From Chiloscyllium plagiosum (Eukaryota): a DNA stretch of 64,000 bases. This document shows positions 48,611 to 61,629 of the stretch, piece after piece. The translations under genes were made by a program, and so were the position numbers. The notes beneath the pieces were generated by a model. That model was given only the letters and a program-made list of their open reading frames with translations, had not been told where the DNA came from and did no database searches. The stretch is from assembly GCF_004010195.1 (NCBI RefSeq), contig NC_057718.1, forward strand, positions 65,680,919 through 65,744,918, read 5' to 3'. Positions within the stretch are counted from its first letter, which is position 1, and every line of letters begins with the position of its first letter.

Positions 48611-51600
48611 CTAACCAACCATCAGCAGATTAAAATAAATGAATCAACATCTGCAATAGTGTTCATTGCAAATAGATATTTCTGACTGGGCCGAGTTATC
48701 AAAAGTAACAGGATATATGAGCATTAGCAAACCTACTATTTGAAAAGACACAGTAGAATTTGTCTATCTGTAAGAACAGAAAACATTTTTGAATGTCCAC
48801 TGGAGGCTGTGATGAGCATCCATCAAGCACAGTACAAGTCAACATACATCTCCCAAATCCCCTCAGCTTAATTTCCTATTGTGATAATGGTTTCAGTATT
48901 TTAGTGCACAGTACTGCATAAATATTAAAGAAACACATATTATTCAAGGCCACTGCAGCTTTTTAAAAAAATCTGCTCTGTCACTTCCTGTAGTGATTAC
49001 ATTAAGTTCTCCAATTCACATTATTTTACAAAGTGCAACATAGGTGCAGGAGAATCCAGTAACTACTGATACTGTGGGAAGTGGATACTTGAGGACATGT
49101 CAGTTCTTTTGCTACAAATTGCCTTGCTTCTCCATGGTCTTAATAGCTTTTTGTACTTCCTGATTTGCAACAACTCATCGAAGATAACCACTCAGATTGC
49201 CATTAGCCACATGGTACAATGCACTATTCCCCTAGCATTAGTAAAGAGAAGTGTTGTGGTGAATACTTCACTATGAAGTAACAGCTGTTAGAAATGCAAG
49301 CTGGAACTAAGCCGTTCAGTGTTTGTGGATCAGAGTTTGTACCCATTGCTGTGAGGGTCATGATGCGATTTTCCAGTACCCCATTTGGATTACTATGTTA
49401 AAAATGTTCAATTTTCAGCAGGAGCAACTATGGATCAAGCCTTGTAACTACATTTTCTAGTGAAAATATATCATGTGGAGCACCAAAAGCCTTCAGCAGA
49501 CTGGGGTAAGTGTCATATTTTATAACCAAGAATTTACTGCAAAGGTTGGCTTTGTGAAACACTCTGCTTCTACATTACATTAACAATCAAAGGGCCACTT
49601 TAATAGTTTGGTTTGCTTTGTGCTTTTAGTCGAACATGAAAAGGGTGTGTTCTCACTCAAGCTCAGAGAGAATGTTATGTGCACTTGTTAGGGAAGTCTA
49701 GGTAATGCTGTCATTCCATGTTGTATTAAAGCTGCTGGTTAGAGACGTGATCTGGTGAGACTTCATGTATGGAGTCACTCATTCCCTTCCATACAGAATC
49801 AAAAATATGATTCTCCAGTATCTTTTTTCCAGCAGCACAAACAATGGTGGGAGGGCTAGCATCAATACCTTCTTCAATTTCCAGTCATAATGGATATTAT
49901 TTCATCATAACAATATATTTGTTTTAAAATAATAATTAAATTTTCAAAGTGCAACTGAAGAGAATTACATAAATAGAGATTAAAATGTGACAATAAAAGT
50001 AAACTGAGCAAAACCAAAGCATATACAAAACTCACCTTTCTATTATCAGGCAGTTATACTAGATTCAGTTCCCTTTTAATTACAAGGAAGTGTTTAGTTC
50101 CTTTAAAAACATTTTTCATTCCTAATTATAATAAATTGTTCATAAAATATATATACTAAACATAAATATAACATATTTTCTAGTGCATGGCACTATGGTT
50201 GGCTCATATCTGGTGCATGGTTGTTTAACTCTTTTGTCCAGAAAGGCCAATGCTCAAAATAGACAACAACAACTAATGGATTACGAATTGTTATGTCCAA
50301 GCAAACGTAGATCTGAATACTTGTATGTTTTAGAGTCCATATTTAAAGACTGCTTTACATTGCTAACAAAATATTGATAGAGTGTGCTAAAGTTAACTGT
50401 TTAAATTTGTGTTGCCTGTGTCTCAGTCTGTCTTTGGTTCTCTCTCTCTGTCTAATACTAACCTATTGCTTCAAAGAACATAACTGTAACTTTAATATTG
50501 TCTCTTAAATCAACTAAAAACACAAACCAGGCTACACTAGTTTTTTTGAAGCTTTGAAGCACAATGTTTTGAGTTACAGATTATCTTCTATTTCCAGCAA
50601 TGTAACAGGCATAAAATGGACTATTTGAGTCAGAACAAATCAGAAACAAATGCTTAATAATCAATAGTCTACAATATCGAATACATTTTGCATTTTGAAA
50701 GTTCAGTTTTTATACTGAAAGCCAAACAACGTACTAAATAAAAATAAACACATTTTCTTTGTTTTGCTTCTGTATCAAACAGCAAATTATTTAGAATTGT
50801 TGAATAAAAAAATACTAATTACGATTATAAAAATGTAAGCACAGAAGGAGCCCAGTGTAACTATTCCACTGTTAATTCCATTCCAGACCTGTTCTACTTC
50901 ACTGCTCCTGCTTCACAATTACTATATGCTTCAAGATATCCAGGTTCCACTTCCATTGAACTAAATTACCTTAATTAACCATTTGCAATAACATTCTATT
51001 TTCCAATAATGTTTTGCATTAAAACTACTTTAAATTAATCTAGTTTGACGCTTCAGGCATATATCCTTCAATTGTTATTAAAATCACCAACCAACAGAAT
51101 TACTTTCTGCCCATGTACTTAGGTGACAAATGTCACCGTTTAGTATGAGTGTGGCTGATCATAACTGTCCGGAAAGTGCTTGCCAATGTCTGATTGAAAC
51201 TGAAAGCAGTTAGCATTGTTAAGGTTATTTTACATCTGTATCAAAATCAGTTTCTGGAATGTGACATCAGAGCACAGTGGCACATGGGTATTAATGGATC
51301 CTTTTGGAACTCCTAATGTATTGCCCATAGTAAGTTACATGAGACAAAGAGTGCAAAATGAAATTCATTATTCTGCTAAAGTGAATTCATGTCCCTAAAT
51401 AAATACAGGCTGAAATGGTCATTCAAATTTAAATTCAGTTAGGCTAAATTTTATTTGCAACACAATCTGGGATGAAACCTCAGTTTCTCTATACAGTACT
51501 GTATTCTTAATGATAAGGGAGGGCAAAAGATCATAAAAAAAAATTGTAGAGGAGCTTATATGAATTGGAAGCAATAAAAGTAATCACTGTGTTTGAAATA

Positions 51601-52399
51601 GATGGTACAGAACCGTGTACTAACTTCAACATGAGGAAAATTAATGGAATCAACATGAGACCGAAAACAGAAGAGGATGTTCATTAAATAAGTGACTAAC
51701 AAATGATGACCAACTTAAGAGATTTTATGAGCAAATAGCATCTTAGGGAAGCCATTAAATGCAGTGCAAATGTATGGTTAAACAGAAATAAAATTTTTTA
51801 GCAATACCATTGAACAATTTTCTTTGAATGATCCTCAAATACTTTCTTAACAGCCAAGTAATTGCAATAATTATACTCCTCAGAAATATGGATCATTGTT
51901 TTGAGTGATGCTTATTACATAGGCATGAAATAACTTTCTGGAATTCACACCTACGTGATTATTCTGTACTGATTATGGTAATTGATGAGCAATGAATTTT
52001 GTTTATCTGACAACTCATACATTTGACAGATTGAAACATCACAAGGAGCTCCACAGGTGTGTAATTAGGAAAAAATTGACTTAATCAAACAAGGCGACAT
52101 TAGGACAGATGTACAAATTCTTGGTCAAAGAGCTCAATTTTCAGTCATGTCTTAAAAAGACAGACAAATGGTAAAGCCAAGAGATTTGAGATGGGAATTT
52201 CAGGGCTTGAGCCTAGATAGTTGAGGTCATAGCCTTTTGTGGTGCAGGTAATGGGAGATGTTGGAGGAATGAAGAGTTTTTAAGAAAAATACATGTAGTT
52301 TGGGAGAAGTTTAAATACTAGGATGAGAATTTGGTTGACTGAAATTCAACGTAAACCAGCTAGTACTAAGTTGATTGGACTTCGTCCAATATAATGATA

Positions 52400-52745
52400 G
52401 CAAAGAGCTTTTACTAATGGAGCATCTTCCATGACCTCAGCATGCTCATAATGCTTAATTGAATGAAACACATTTGAAGTCACTGTGATATATCAACAGA
52501 CTGCAGCCAGCAGGTCCCACAGTAAGGGATATTATATATGACCAGGGGATCTGTTTGTCATGTTGGGCACTTCTCTGCTTTTCTAAAACTGTGTCATGGG
52601 ACTTTTCTATTAGCTAAAATGACAGAGAGTCAAAAATCTCAAACAAAAAAGGTGACAACTCAAACAGTTGCAGCCCTCCCCTCATCTGAAGTGTTAGTCT
52701 GGATTATGCACAAATCTCTGGATTATGGTTTGAACTCAGACAGAA
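52400..52745 (-). mobile_element. Ancient Deu-domain-like SINE
   Basis: Decayed cagccctccc…gtgttagtctggattatg…ggtttgaactc head and gtgtcatgggact core, resembling AmnSINE1/LmeSINE1-type elements (recall). Confidence 0.45.
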
Positions 52746-53484
52746 ATTGTTCATGTTGTTTTGGATATTGGATCCACGAACATGAGCTGCTTGTGTTTTG
52801 TTGGCAAGATTGAGTCATTTTCTCCCTTGCAATCTAAAATTGGCTCTTATTCTGTCCGCAGTGTTTGTATTGCTGTACGCTCAGCCGGAGACTTGACTGC
52901 TGTATTCTGATTTGCAGCAAGTTCTAATTGGCTTTTATCCCTATGTTTGTGAAGCCGCATTGGCTCCCAATCCATCTGTACAGAGACTGCATCTCAATTG
53001 TAAAGAACATGATGCTAATGAAATCCAATTTTATGAAAAGGAACAAAACTATTGCAAGATCTGACACAGGAGGAGGAACCCTCCAATATTCCTACATGCA
53101 ACAGTCTAGGTAGAAGATCTGGCCACAGACACAGATCTCAGTTTTACATGAAATAGTTGAGTCACATCTGTTGTACTATGTGCGCCATCATGAAGCAATG
53201 AAACCAAACACATTATTCAACTTTCCTGTTGTATTGTGAGATAAACACTTCTCTCTTTCTCTTCCTAGGACTCTCAGCCATCCGGATATATTGCTCAAGC
53301 ATTAGCTGCAATTTAACACCAGCTTTGACATGGTTTCATTGAGCAATTTTCTTTGTTCTTTACCCCATTGCCAATTTTCCCTCTCCAATTTGAAACATGA
53401 TTTTAATTTTGGTACAATACATTTCTACAATTACAACAGAATAATTTTTTCAGTACTAACAAGAGCCATTTTTGGTTTTTGTTT

Positions 53485-53832
53485 ATCCATTTATGGAATA
53501 AGGGCATCACTGTCTAGGCCAGCATTTATTGCCCATCCCTAACTGCCCAGATGGCAGTTAAATGTCAACCACATTGTTGTGGGTCTGGAGTCACATGTAA
53601 GCAAGACCAGTTAAGTATGGCAGTTTCCTTCCCTGAAGGATGTTAGTGAACCAGATGTTACTTTCTGACAGTTGACAATGGATTCATGGTCATCATTAGG
53701 CTAGTTAATTCCAGTTATTGAATTCAAATTACGCCATCTGCCATGGCAGGATTCAAGCCTGTGTCCAGTACATTACCTGAGTCTCTGGATTAACAGTCCA
53801 GCAATAATATCATTATGCCATTGCCTCCCCCT
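53485..53832 (-). mobile_element. SacSINE1-like SINE, full length
   Basis: Reverse complement of the 23470-24135 host element. Confidence 0.75.
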
Positions 53833-54000
53833 GAAAGTTGTTAATGAGTCCTGGAATCTTTTACCTTTAATATTATCATTGTTTCTTCCCTCATGTATAC
53901 ACAGAATGAAACCCATCATGAAAATCTAATTTTGCATTCCTTTCCCTTTATAATGGATCCATTCCTGCTGTGTGACTGTATTTAGCAGATTACATCTGAA

Positions 54001-54185
54001 TAAAAAAATGTGGCACTGGAAAAGCACAGCCAGTCAGGAGGTATCTGAGGAGCAGGAGCAGAAGACTATAAGCTCTTCATCAGGAATGTCCTCCTGCTCC
54101 TCGAATGCTGCCTGGCCAGCTGTGCTTTTCCAGCACCACACTTTATGGCTCTGATCTCCAGCATCTGCAATCCTCACCTTCTCCT
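54001..54185. mobile_element. Fold-back Penelope family A mini-element
   Basis: Inverted arms; perfect 14-bp TSD agattacatctgaa (53987-54000, 54186-54199). Confidence 0.88.
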
Positions 54186-55388
54186 AGATTACATCTGAAC
54201 CCCATTAGAGAAGATCAGATGTAGCTAAAACGAACTGTCCAAAAGAACAGAGGGATAGCTCCTGAATAGTACTTTTCTTTTGCAGCTGTCATTGATTTTA
54301 AATGCTCCTATTCTTGCTCCAGTGTCTGTTACTGTCAATGAGGCCCAGAGGAAAATTGGAAAGGTCGCAAGAGAAAAGCAGGATTTCAACAGTAATGAAC
54401 TCCAAATTAGTATTGAATTTGTACATTTGAGATGACTGCATAATTTGAGAGAACAGCGCAGTTAGGAAAGCTTTCCATTCATAGGTCTTTGGGACCAATT
54501 CTGTGTGACAGTGAGACCTGCTCAAAACAAATCACGTGCCATCTCACCAGAGTTGGGCCCAATGTCCTTATAGGGTGGTTTGCTCTTGCTGTTGGGGCAA
54601 TTTAAAAAGCTTAGTAGGGAATTGGGAGCCCTGGTGTAGTACAGGGTGACCCAAACTGAGTGGGCTTGTGGGACGGGTGGTGGGATCCCACACTCCCTCT
54701 CAAGTGTGGCAGTAAGGACAACTCTGTAGCACAGACTCAGATAGGGCAGTCTTGAGATCAACAACTAGACTTTTTGACATGCAAATACAAAATTATGCTT
54801 TCTTGACTTGGTCCAGTTGTTGAGGCATAATGGAATCACTTCATATCCTGATCACTTTCCAGAAAATAATATTGCTACCCATCCTCCAACTCCCCCTTAC
54901 AGACAAATAGCACTTTGGTAAGAAGTAATAATGTATTAAATAAGATCACACCAGGAGGAAATTAGAACTAATTCAGGTATCTACACTTGTATGTAAATAC
55001 CAAAATGTGGCTTTGGTGAGCTACAGATACAAATATGTAAGTTGTTCAGTAAAGGTATGGAAAGAATGCAAGGAGGTGTGGCAATAGAAAGGGGAATATT
55101 ACTTTTGGAAAGAGAATATCCTGCAGTTGTCAAGGTCAATAGCTCTTTGGTTGCATTTAAGACACAATAGAGGTGCCTTTACTCAGTGTATTCTCTAAGT
55201 TACTGGCTGATAAGATATAGAAGAACAAATTTGAACAGAATATAGAAAGTTGAAGGAATTATGGGATAACAATAATAATAAGGACAGTGGCAGTATGAAT
55301 GTGAAGCTTTTTCATCGGCATTTAGAAAAAGGCTGTAATAAGTTCAGTAGCTGGATGGCCTAGGCAGAACCCAAGTAGAGTTAATGAG

Positions 55389-56087
55389 CAATAGACAATA
55401 GACAATAGGTGCAGGAGTAGGCCATTCTGCCCTTCGAGCCTGCACCACCATTCAATATGATCATGGCCTGATCATCCTTAATCAGTATCCTGGTTCTGCC
55501 TTATCTCCATAACCCTTGATTCCACTATCCTTGAGAGCTCTATCCAATTCTTTCTTAAATGAATCCAGAGACTGGGCCTCCACTGCCCTCTGGGGCAGAG
55601 CATTCCACACAGCCACCACTCTCTGGGTGAAGAAGTTTCTCCTCATCTCTGTCCTAAATGGTCTACCCCGTATTTTTAAGCTGTGTCCTCAGGTTCGGTA
55701 CTCACCCATCAGCGGAAACATGTTTCCTGCCTCCAGAGTATCCAATCCTTTAATAATCTTATATGTCTCAATCAGATCCACTCTCAGTCTTCTAAACTCA
55801 AGGGTATACAAGCCAAGTTGTTCCAGTCTTTCAGCATAAGGTAGTCCCACCATTCCAGGAATTGACCTCGTGAACCTACGCTGCACTCCCTCAATAGCCA
55901 GAATGTCTTTCCTCAAATTTGGAGACCAGGACTGCACACAGTACTCCAGGTGTGGTCTCACCAAGGCCCTGTTCAGCTGCAGAAGAACCTCTTTGCTTCT
56001 ATACTCAATCCCTCTTGTTATGAAGGCCAGCATGCTATTAGCCTTCTTCACTACCTGCTGTACCTGCATGCTTACCTTCATTGACTG
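55389..56087 (-). mobile_element. Young CR1 LINE 3' part
   Basis: ORF 55689-56081 ([11 protein letters not shown]…RRLRVDLIETYK); (tctattg)n tail; near-identical to 33640-34067. Confidence 0.95.
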
Positions 56088-56290
56088 GTGAGCAGGTTGT
56101 TACTGAGTAAGTACTGCTTGATAGTACTGTCAACTACCCTTTCCACCACTTTGCTGATGATCACAAGTAGCCCGATAGGGAAGTCATTCTCTGTTTGGAT
56201 TTGTCCTGCTTTTTGTGCACAAGACATATCTGGACAATTATCCCCCTTGCTGAAGAAGATTTGCAATGATATTCCCCAGCAATTGGTACT
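56088..56290 (-). mobile_element. LINE RT fragment (L2/CR1 group)
   Basis: IISKVVERVVDSTIKQYLLSNNLL in ORF 56078-56332. Confidence 0.7.
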
Positions 56291-57049
56291 AGATGAATGA
56301 TATAGACTTGAATGTCCAGGGCATTGTGTCAAAATGTCAGGTGTCTCAAAGCTTGGCTATATTGTGGATTGTGGTAAATTTTAAGAGAACATAGGTTGGT
56401 TAAGATTAGTTCATGAGTGGGCACATAAAATTTAAATGCAAAGATTATAAGGTGATACATTTTGATCACAAAAAATGGGGAGAGACAATTGAAACTAAAG
56501 AACGAGTCCAATTGTCAGAGTCGTCGGAACAGAGAGGCGCAGAGGTATATCAGCATAAATCACTGAAGATATGAGAGCCAGTTGAGAAAACATTTAGAAG
56601 ACATTTGGTTTTCTGAGCAAAATAAATAGGGTAATTCAGTGTAGAAGCAAGCAAGTTAAGATGAAAATTATCAGAAAATAGTGTCTCAACTGGAGTCTTG
56701 TGTCATTTCCAGTCAATGCACTTCGAAGAAAGTGGAAAAAGGTTTGGAGAAGGTTAAAAAAATATTTACTAAAATGATTCCAGGGATGAGGGACCTCAAT
56801 CACAAGGGTACGTTGGAGAAGATCGCATTGTTCTCCTGAAAGACATGGTTGAGAGGACATTTGATAGAGATACTCAAAATCATGAGAAAATTAGAGAGAG
56901 GCAAGACAGAAACTATTTCCCTTCGCAGATGGGTTGAAAATCCAGAGTACACTGATTTAAAGTGATTAACAAAAGTTTCAAAGATGCCACAAAAGGAAAA
57001 TATTTTTATGCAGAGGATGATGAGAAATTGGAATGCGCTGCCTGAGGAT

Positions 57050-57172
57050 TTAGAGATGCCGGTGTTGGACTGGGGTGTACAAAGTTAAAAATCACACAAC
57101 ACCAGGTTATAGTCCAACAGGTTTAATTGGAAGCACACTAGCTTTCGGAGCGTTGCTCCTTCATCAGGTGGT
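57050..57172 (-). mobile_element. Penelope family B mini-insertion
   Basis: Same family as 16365-16483; flanked by tgcgctgcctgagga / tgtactgcctaagga (decayed ~15-bp TSD). Confidence 0.85.
57136..57170 (-). ncRNA. Intact minimal type-I hammerhead ribozyme motif
   Basis: Minus strand CAC-CTGATGA-A-GGAGC(aac)GCTCC-GAAA-GC-TA-GTG. Confidence 0.78.
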
Positions 57173-57420
57173 TTGTACTGCCTAAGGAGTTTGTGATTCA
57201 ATTGTGGCTTTCAAAAGGGAATTGGATAAGCAGCTGAAGATGAGAATTTGCAGAATGATGAGGAAAGTGGAGGAGAGTGGAATTATACTTGTAGAATTCT
57301 TCTGTTTTCCATAGAGCAGCAAAGGTTCAGAGAGGTTTCACAATGCGGAGGTTGTACAAGGCATTACATAAATTGAAGACTTTCAGTTCTTCCTCCTTCA
57401 TTCCATGTCCTCTCATTTGT

Positions 57421-57745
57421 GGGCGGCACGGTGGCACAGTGGTTAGCACTGCTGCCTCGCAGCGCCAGAGACCCGGGTTCAATTCCCGCCTCAGGCGACT
57501 GACTGTGTGGAGTTTGCACATTCTCCCCGTGTCTGCGTGGGTTTCCTCCGGGTGCTCCGGTTTCCTCCCACACTCCAAAGATGTGCAAGTCAGGTGAATT
57601 GGCCATGCTAAATTGCCCGTAGTGTTAGGTAAAAGGGGTAAATGTGGGGGTATGGGTGGGTTACGCTTCGGCGGGTCGGTGTGGACTTGTTGGGCCGAAG
57701 GGCCTGTTTCCACACTGTAAGTAATCTAATCTAATCTAATCTAAT
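57421..57745 (+). mobile_element. HE1 V-SINE, full length, young
   Basis: Complete head, V-domain and (taatc)5 tail. Confidence 0.95.
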
Positions 57746-58195
57746 ATCCAGAATCATAAATGACTTCGATAGTGTAAAACAAAAGTGGGAGAGTGCACTG
57801 TCACTCTGTAGTCCTAATATTATTCAGGTTATGACATAAATTTAAATGCGTAACTTATCATCAGTTATATAAATTTATCCAAATTAGGTTTAGACTTTTT
57901 AAAAAATCTACCTGATTTCTTTGATAAAGAACAAAATTATTGATTTATTGTGAAAACTGGACTTACATGGCAAAAATGTAAAGCTGATTAACGCAGTTTG
58001 AAATAGAAAAGTATGAACTTTTACTCTTTACTTTTACAAAATGAACACACATACCAATTAAATGAAAGAAAAACATTCACTGCAGAGATTAATTTGAAGA
58101 AACAACATTGGCCAATAATTGTTCATTCTTGAACAGAGAAAGGATAAGCTACAAAATGTTCAAAATGGCTTTCATTCTGCACCCTGGCACATTTT

Positions 58196-59254
58196 GGAGA
58201 AAGTGAGGACTGCAGATGCTGGAGATCAGAGTCAAAAAGTGTGGCGCTGAAAAAGCACAGCCGGTCAGGCAGCATCCAAGGAGCAGGAGAGTCAACATTT
58301 CGAGCATAAGCTCTTCATCAGGAATGTGAGGGGTATGAGTGCCCAAGGGGGCTGAGAGATAAATGGGAGGGGGTGCGGGGCAGGGAGATTGGTATCTAGG
58401 AATGTGATAGATAGGTGAAGGTGGGGGTGATGATGATAGTTAGGAAAGGAGGGTGGAGCAGATAGGTGGGAAGGAAGCTGGACAGGTAGGACAGTTCAAG
58501 AGGGCGGTGCCCAGTTGGAGGGTTGGATCTGGGATAATGTGGGGGTAGGGGAAATGAGGAAACTGGTAAAATCAACATTTATTCCATGTGATTGGAGGGT
58601 CACAAGGTGGAAAATGAGGTGTTCTTCCTCCATGCATTGGGTGGCTAGGATTTGTTGGTGGAGGAAGCCCAGGACTTGCTTGTCCTTGGCGGAGTGGGAG
58701 GGGGTGTTGAAGTGTTTGGCCACAGGGTGGTGGGGTTGTTTGCTGCGTGTGTCCCAGAGAGATGTTCTCTGAAACATTTCGCAACTTCTCCTCCCACTCT
58801 GCCAAGAACATGCAAGTCCTGGGCCGTCTCCACCACCAGATCCTAGCCACCCGATGACTGAAGGAAGAACATCTCATCTTCCACTTTGGGAGCCTCCAAC
58901 CTCACAAAATCAATGTCGATTTCACCAGTTTCCTCATCTCCCCTCACGTTATCCCAGATCCAACCCTCCAACTCGGCACCACCCTCTTGCACTGCCCTAC
59001 CTGTCCATCTTCCTTCCCACCTATTCCACTCTACCCTTCACTCCAACCTGTAATCATCACTCCCCCACCTTCATCTACCTATCGCATTCCCAGCTACCTT
59101 CCTCCCAGCCCCACCCTCTCCCATTTATCTGTCAACCCCCTTGGCCCCGCCCCTCCCATATTCCTGATGAAGAGCTCATGCTCAAAACGTCGATTCTCCT
59201 GCTCCTCGGATGCTGCCTGACCAATTGTGATTTTGCAGCATCACACTTTTTGAT
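58196..59254. mobile_element. Penelope family A element: two 3' portions joined head-to-head
   Basis: Both arms encode the GIY-YIG C-terminal region (PVAKHFNTPSHS…QVLG…LIFHL…HGINVDF); junction ~58781; hammerhead-like motifs at 58291-58321 (-) and 59164-59191 (+); flanking cctggcaca at 58183-58191 and 59255-59263. Confidence 0.9.
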
Positions 59255-61297
59255 CCTGGCACACATAGACAGGCTATCCCAACTGAACTCCAAATAATAT
59301 CCAAAACAAAGTCACTATCCCAATTGCGATTTCCAATAAATAAATTCAATCACTTAGCTTAAGCCATATGACTTCTAAGAAATGTCTTTAACAAAGTCAT
59401 AATGTCCTTTTATGATCCCCTTTAAACAAAGTATTCATGCATCTCTTTAGCCTTTTTAAATGAACACTGCCCACAATCCTTCAAACATGACTCGTCAAGA
59501 TATACTTAAGGAGGAAGTATCTTCCTAACAATAGATAAATGAGCTGTCAGAACTGGTGTTAAACAGAAGGGTCAGATTTAAAATAATTGCTCAAGCAAGT
59601 TGGATAAATACTTGAAGGGAAAAGTAATTGTTGGTCTACAAGGCAAGAGATGGAATGGGACTAACTGTACCACAGGCACAAAGGGTTACTGTACTACATT
59701 ATTCCAAAGAGTTAACTTCTCATGCTGCTCATTCTCTATAACAAATTCACGCGATCAAATGTCATGTAATTAGAACTGGTGGTGAAGTCAGCAGTGAATA
59801 GATCAGGGGTTGCACAGTCTCATCCTCCTAAACAATACTGACTCAGAATAGACAAACAAAGGTGAGAGAGAAGTATTACTGAGCTCCTCATTCAACATCC
59901 GGAATGTCACATGATTAAAAGTGCAGTCAAATATCACATGATCACTAGTGAATTGATCAGCAGCCACATGGACAACCCAATATAAATACATTTAACCATA
60001 AGCGACAATCTTTACTGGATGGGAAGTATCTTAGTTAAGCTTGATATCATCTTCCTTTCTTGCCAACTCAGCAACTTCCAGCAGAAGTCATCACATATTG
60101 GTTAGCATCAGGAATCCAAAACATTTTCTTTTCCCTATAATCCTAAGGAAATTAGGCCAATTTCAACTATTCAATTCAACCATTCTATTAGCAGAGCAAA
60201 TGAAAAACCAACATTAAGATTCTGTTGTCTATATGGCTATTCATTCACCTAATTAAGCTTCCTGAATTATAGTGCAGTTAGATAGCTGTAATTGTACACT
60301 ACTCCATGTGGATCCATGATGAACAGTTGGCTGGTTATTAATTAACTTGAACTGAAAGAATTGAATTGGAGTATATTGCTCCAGGGAAGTCAAAATGATT
60401 CATCTTTCCTCAGAACCATTCAATAAGATACTTATGTCTACCTGTTCTTTTAGTCTTGTCTCTTCCAGTGCATTCCTCTTGATTTCACCACATTACAACA
60501 CTGACTACACTTCAAAAGTACTAAGTGGTTAAAGACTTTTTAACCACTGGTGTAAAGACTTTTTGAATTGGCGATGTTTAATTTACTATTTTAAAATAAT
60601 ATGAAGTTATTCTAGGTAGTATGCTATGCTTTTAAAATTATTTAAAGTCAATTAGGCATCAATTTTGATGTCAGTTGATTATGATTATGTTAATTAACAT
60701 TAATGTTAGTGACAAAGAAATTTGAAAAAAGTTTGTTGATTCATGAATGCCAAACTTCTTGTACATCCAATACATCAACAATAAAAAGATATTATTCAAG
60801 TATTATCCTGTTAGGGACTCAACAGCTAGATAAGATATCTGAACAACCAGCAATTAACTGACAGAATTAGACCAAACCAAAGTTCCATGTTAAAAAAAAT
60901 TAAATAAGGCAACCTTAATTAACCATGGTTCATAAAGACTGCGAAAAACCCTGCTGTACTTTTTATTTCCCTCCCAACGATTTCCTCATCTTACAAAATC
61001 TTTACAGTTCATTCACTACTGATCAGCTCAAAAAGGTATTTTACTAACCTCATGAATTTCTTATTTCTCTTCATTGTTTCAACACTGGATCCTAAAATTT
61101 TAAAAAAATTCTAAAGCATATAAATTATGAACCAAATATTCAAAGTTGTGTTTTTGATATTCTGTTGCTGGTGATGCAATGTTGCAACATTTTCTGGTCG
61201 AGCACCAACTACAGTGTTTAAATGGAAGAAGCAACAATAGTTAATAGGAGAGATCCCAAGGTCTAAAAGGATTTACTTTCTTAATCATCAGTTATAA

Positions 61298-61629
61298 CAG
61301 GTACACAATCCTTTAATCAAAATCCTTGGGGCCAGTTGTTTTTCGGATTTTGGAACTTTTCAGATTTCAGAATAAATGACATTTTCACAGTAAAATAAGA
61401 AAAGTCTTACCGAAAGCAGACCCACGTGTGACTAGTGCAAGTGGTGAGACACAACTGACGCCTGCCAGTGCTGGGCCACGCCGCCACCTCACATCTGAGT
61501 GATGTGGGTCGAATGGGTGTGGAGTTGGATCACCTGTTCGCATGCCAAACAACCTTGTTATACAGAAAAAAAACTTTCCGAAAGAAACTTTGGAGCTTTC
61601 CAGATTTCAGATGAAGAATTGTGTACCTG
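61298..61629. mobile_element. Tc1/mariner (Tigger/pogo-like) MITE
   Basis: TIRs CAGGTACACAATCCTT and AAGAATTGTGTACCTG; TA on the right flank; internal ttcagattt repeats. Confidence 0.7.

Larger units (their letters stand above)
56380..57300 (+). mobile_element. Ancient CR1 3' region hosting a Penelope mini-insertion
   Basis: Decayed FNAKI…IHF, RGHLIE and WNALPE motifs. Confidence 0.65.

Noticed and set aside
52840..54520. Other AG-preceded short frames (near 52977 -, 53269 +, 54517 -)
   Set aside because: No consistent donors, phases or recognisable protein; expected by chance.
60520..60565. 10-bp hairpin plus short direct repeat
   Set aside because: Small template-switch scar inside a decayed SINE tail; no sign of function.
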